From a virus (taxonomy: Duplodnaviria > Caudoviricetes), in the IMG/VR virus record IMGVR_UViG_3300037479_000486, positions 1-27,892 of that record: a stretch of 27,892 nt of DNA; one strand, 5' to 3'. Made by a program: the position numbers and the translations under genes. This document shows, one piece after another, positions 25,102 through 27,892 of this stretch. The notes below the pieces were generated by a model. That model was given only the letters and a program-made list of their open reading frames with translations, was not told where the DNA came from and did no database searches. The first letter of the stretch is position 1. Each line of letters starts with the position of its first letter.

Positions 25102-25730
25102 CTCACTCCCGCTGCGGCAACGGCCGCGCCGCGTCCGCCGCTTTCAAGGTTCAGGCCCGCCTCGGCGAACAGGCCGGCAGAGCGGCCGAGGCGTAGTTCG
25201 AGTCCGCCACCAGTGCCGCCGCCCCACCGGCCGCGCTCGAACTGATAAATGCCCTGGGCGTAACCGTAGGGGGCCACCCGGTCCCAGAGAGGCGCGCGCA
25301 CAATCACGCGCGGTTGCAGTTCATCGACCGCAGAATGATTTAAGTCGTAGGAGAGCGCGCGCGCTCCGACCCCAAAGCCGCGCGTGATGAAGTAATTGAG
25401 CCCGACGCCGCCGCCGTAATCGACCGAGCGCGTGAAGTCCCGCGCCTCGGCCGCGGCGAACAGATCCACACTCAGTTCACCGGCCCGGAAGTTCCGGGGC
25501 GATTCCTCGGCGGCCGTGGCCGGCCAAGCCATCAGAAAGGCCAGCCCGGCCCAGAGCGGGAACTTGCTGGCTTTATCCACGTCGGTCTTGACGCCGGAGC
25601 GCAAGGCTGCCAGGCCGGCAGCCGCCAGGAGTTCCTCGATCTGCAGATGATTTTCCCAACCGAGGAAGTAAGCGGCGATGGCGTGCAGTGCCATGAGCGC
25701 GGCGATGAGATAGGTTTTCTTGCCTTGCAT
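25089..25730 (-). CDS. Holin-like N-terminal domain fused to an outer-membrane beta-barrel
   Basis: GKKTYLIAAL...GLAALRSGV; internal FPLWAGLAFLMAWPATAA|E; amphipathic strands GGGVGLNYF, VAPYGY, GGGLELRL; C-terminal AGVRWTF. Confidence 0.7.
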   Translation of the reverse strand: MQGKKTYLIAALMALHAIAAYFLGWENHLQIEELLAAAGLAALRSGVKTDVDKASKFPLWAGLAFLMAWPATAAEESPRNFRAGELSVDLFAAAEARDFTRSVDYGGGVGLNYFITRGFGVGARALSYDLNHSAVDELQPRVIVRAPLWDRVAPYGYAQGIYQFERGRWGGGTGGGLELRLGRSAGLFAEAGLNLESGGRGAAVAAAGVRWTF

Positions 25731-25733
25731 AGA

Positions 25734-26312
25734 TCAAATGGTTGCGCGGGGGAACGGGAGGACGATTTCGCTCCGGGGCAGGGTGGGCAGGGCGGCCGGG
25801 ACCCGGAATTGTTGGACTAATCCTGTCCAGACAAGCGTTTCCCCGACCAACTCGACGGTGTAAACGCTCTGGGCAAATGCCCCGTACCGGTTGTCCGGGT
25901 CAAAGTGCAAGCCGATCCGATAAGTGCCGTCGGGCAAACCGGTCAGATCGATCCAATTGCCAAAGGCGCTTCCCAGCAGCCCCGCCGCCTGACCTGGACC
26001 AATGCTCCAGGCAAAACCAGGCGCGCGCAGATCGGCCACTTCCGACAGGATCGCTTCGCCTTGAGGCCCGCGCACCTGGACATGCCACAGATCGGCGGAC
26101 AGGCGATAGCCGAAGACGTTCTCATGATTGGCCGGGAGCGGGATGACTTCCGGGCCGTTGTTGAAGAGCTTGAATTGGCGCTCGAAGAGTTTCCGTTCGC
26201 CCAGACGCCCGCCAAATGTTTCCTCGAGGCTGCCGCGTTCGACCGTCCAGCGGAAAGCGTCCTGCCGCGGGTTGAAGCGCGGAAAGCGGGCGGCATTTTC
26301 GATGATCATCAT
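25734..26312 (-). CDS. Lysyl-oxidase-like fold protein, probably non-catalytic
   Basis: GNWIDLTGLPDGTYRI...DPDN and RKL..F..NNG match bacterial LOX-family patterns; no His cluster. Confidence 0.5.
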   Translation of the reverse strand: MMIIENAARFPRFNPRQDAFRWTVERGSLEETFGGRLGERKLFERQFKLFNNGPEVIPLPANHENVFGYRLSADLWHVQVRGPQGEAILSEVADLRAPGFAWSIGPGQAAGLLGSAFGNWIDLTGLPDGTYRIGLHFDPDNRYGAFAQSVYTVELVGETLVWTGLVQQFRVPAALPTLPRSEIVLPFPRATI

Positions 26313-26623
26313 AGCGGCTTGAACATGACCGTGGGGACCAGGCGCTTGTGCGCGGCGTACAGCTCAGGTTGCGCGGCGGCGAAACCGGCTTCATCGAAAC
26401 GGTTCTGCGAACGCACCTCGACGAGCAACACGCCTTCGATGCAGATCATTTCCCCGGCCGGCAGTGTGCGCACGTCCACGTCCCGGTTCTCGGCGAGCCA
26501 GCGCGTGAAATTTTCCTTGGCCACCTCGACCACTTTGCGCGCGACGGCCAGCTGAGCGTTGGCTTCGCGCAAGTCGCGCGCCCATGCCGGCAACCGCTCG
26601 TCATCTGTGCGAAAGGTTTTCAT
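26309..26623 (-). CDS. Hypothetical phage protein, 104 aa
   Basis: ATG 26623 in an ATGA overlap; C-terminal RFDEAGFAAAQPELY motif. Confidence 0.7.
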   Translation of the reverse strand: MKTFRTDDERLPAWARDLREANAQLAVARKVVEVAKENFTRWLAENRDVDVRTLPAGEMICIEGVLLVEVRSQNRFDEAGFAAAQPELYAAHKRLVPTVMFKPL

Positions 26624-26865
26624 CGCGGGTTCTTGGCTTCGAGGGCGCGGATCCGCGACTCGTGATCGCGGACCTTTTCGAATTCGATCCGAGCGACGGC
26701 CGCAGTCGTGCGCAGCTCGGCGATTTCGTCGAGGGCCAGGTTCAGTTTGGTCGTGATCGCTTCCATTCGGTTCGAATTGTCGTGCCAGCCCCACATGAGG
26801 AGGGCCAGGAGCGCACCGCGATATGACCACGTGGGCACGCTGTCGCGGCGCCGGGGCGAACGCAC
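26620..26865 (-). CDS. Small TM + coiled-coil protein (lysis-module type)
   Basis: Probable GTG 26865 (ORF open to 26916); ALLALLMWGW then a coiled-coil ending DHESRIRALE. Confidence 0.65.
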   Translation of the reverse strand: MRSPRRRDSVPTWSYRGALLALLMWGWHDNSNRMEAITTKLNLALDEIAELRTTAAVARIEFEKVRDHESRIRALEAKNPR

Positions 26866-26875
26866 CGGCCCGCCC

Positions 26876-27187
26876 TCAAGCGGCAGAGCTGACAACGCAT
26901 GAGCAGTGGAGGACATGATCGATCCTTTGCACCGTCTCGACGCGGTGCCGCAACCCCGCGGCGTCGATAAAATATTCTCCCGTCGCCGGCACGGGCGTAA
27001 TGGCCGAGGCGGCGAGGCTGATCACGCTCGCGTCGCGCGGGTCGAAATCCGGCGTGCGTACCGTGCGGGCAAACGGATCGCGATTGACCAGGCCGCGCAC
27101 AGAGGCGCCGCGAAAGGTGAGCAGTTCGCCGGCGAATTCGGACAGGCCGACGAACGCTGCGCTCAACAGTTGGCTTTGGGCGGACAT
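26876..27187 (-). CDS. Head-tail joining protein (gpFII-like)
   Basis: 103 aa, FAGELLTFRG...PATGEYF...HRVETV; position after the head module. Confidence 0.65.
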   Translation of the reverse strand: MSAQSQLLSAAFVGLSEFAGELLTFRGASVRGLVNRDPFARTVRTPDFDPRDASVISLAASAITPVPATGEYFIDAAGLRHRVETVQRIDHVLHCSCVVSSAA

Positions 27188-27336
27188 TACAAGCTGCCTT
27201 CGCCGACCCGCTTCGGGAAATATTTGAGCGTCACGTTGGTCGGGATGCCGATCCCGCCCGTGGTCTGGGCGGTGGCCGGCAGGGCCGCGGCCGCCAACAG
27301 GAGAACGGGGAGAATGAGGGTCAGGATGCGTTTCAT
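27187..27336 (-). CDS. 49-aa secreted peptide (not in the ORF track)
   Basis: MKRILTLILPVLLLAAAALPATA|QTTGGIGIPTNVTLKYFPKRVGEGSL*; TAATG overlap with the next gene. Confidence 0.7.
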   Translation of the reverse strand: MKRILTLILPVLLLAAAALPATAQTTGGIGIPTNVTLKYFPKRVGEGSL

Positions 27337-27339
27337 AGA

Positions 27340-27834
27340 TCAGAGTTCGGCGGTCTGGTTTGCCGCTTCGTTTGGTGGGTTGCGGTCTGTCCCCCGGCGG
27401 CGATGGGGCGGCGGAGGATTCTTGATGGCTTTAAGTTCGGCCTTCGCTTCCTCGACCCGCGATTTGGCGAGTTCGATACGGTCGGAGAGAGCCGCGTCGC
27501 GGGCGTCCCAATCCCCCTTGCGATAGCTGGGTTTCTTCTCGGCCTCGGCTTGCGCTTTCTTGAGCGCCTCAGCCTGTTCGCTCAGCTCGTCGAGCGTGGC
27601 TTGCGCGGCCGCGATGCCCCGTTCGGCGGCTTGTTCCCGCCGCTCGGCTTCGTTGTAGGCACGCCCGATCAGGCCCTGGCCGCTGTCGAAGAGCTGTACT
27701 TCGACCAGCCCCTTGGGCAACATGCCGCTCCGTTTGATCTCGCCGAACTTGGCCCGCGTCGCCGCGGCGTCCATGCCGGCCACCAACGAGGGCTTGCCAT
27801 CGCGGGCGATCCCGATGATGTGGAGCGTTCTCAT
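27340..27834 (-). CDS. Hypothetical protein with coiled-coil, at the end of the head module
   Basis: ATG 27834; Ala/Glu/Lys-rich helical C-terminal half. Confidence 0.7.
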   Translation of the reverse strand: MRTLHIIGIARDGKPSLVAGMDAAATRAKFGEIKRSGMLPKGLVEVQLFDSGQGLIGRAYNEAERREQAAERGIAAAQATLDELSEQAEALKKAQAEAEKKPSYRKGDWDARDAALSDRIELAKSRVEEAKAELKAIKNPPPPHRRRGTDRNPPNEAANQTAEL

Positions 27835-27892
27835 GTTCGGTTTGTATTCCGCGTTTGTGGTTACCAAAACCGAACACCTTACGCTGACTTCA

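Larger units (their letters stand above)
1..27892. mobile_element. Temperate siphovirus-like phage/prophage (partial; extends past both window edges)
   Basis: Integrase, excisionase-like HTH, GpA-type terminase, tape measure, tail tube and head-tail genes in tightly coupled (ATGA/GTGA/TGATG) operons; no host housekeeping genes seen. Confidence 0.95.

Noticed and set aside
24472-26916. Endolysin in the lysis-like cluster
   Set aside because: No amidase, muramidase or peptidase motif recognised in any ORF
27879-27892. 3' end (..KSA*) of an upstream gene, possibly the major capsid protein
   Set aside because: Only 14 nt are visible, so identity cannot be supported

Overview
The whole window is part of a temperate, siphovirus-like (non-contractile tail) phage or prophage genome with high GC. 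The host is probably Verrucomicrobiota (inferred from the integrase type, the OMP family and the TN-rich exported proteins). Almost all genes are on the minus strand. Right to left: end of the head module, head-tail joining, a lysis/envelope cluster, neck, tail terminator, tail tube, fibre-like proteins, tail chaperone with a +1 frameshift, tape measure, distal tail/tip/fibre genes, then unusually the terminase pair, ParB-like, methyltransferase-like, a promoter-driven mosaic cassette, DUF5131, an attP-like site, a + strand tyrosine integrase, a damaged immunity region and early genes. The most striking signals are (i) several fibre-type virion-module proteins that carry Sec-type signal peptides and are strongly enriched in the dipeptide Thr-Asn, and (ii) a holin-like membrane domain fused through an internal signal peptide to an outer-membrane beta-barrel. 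The left ~6.5 kb shows many apparent +1 homopolymer insertions and chimeric gene junctions, which could be sequencing error or real decay. All family assignments are from motif recognition by eye; no searches were run.
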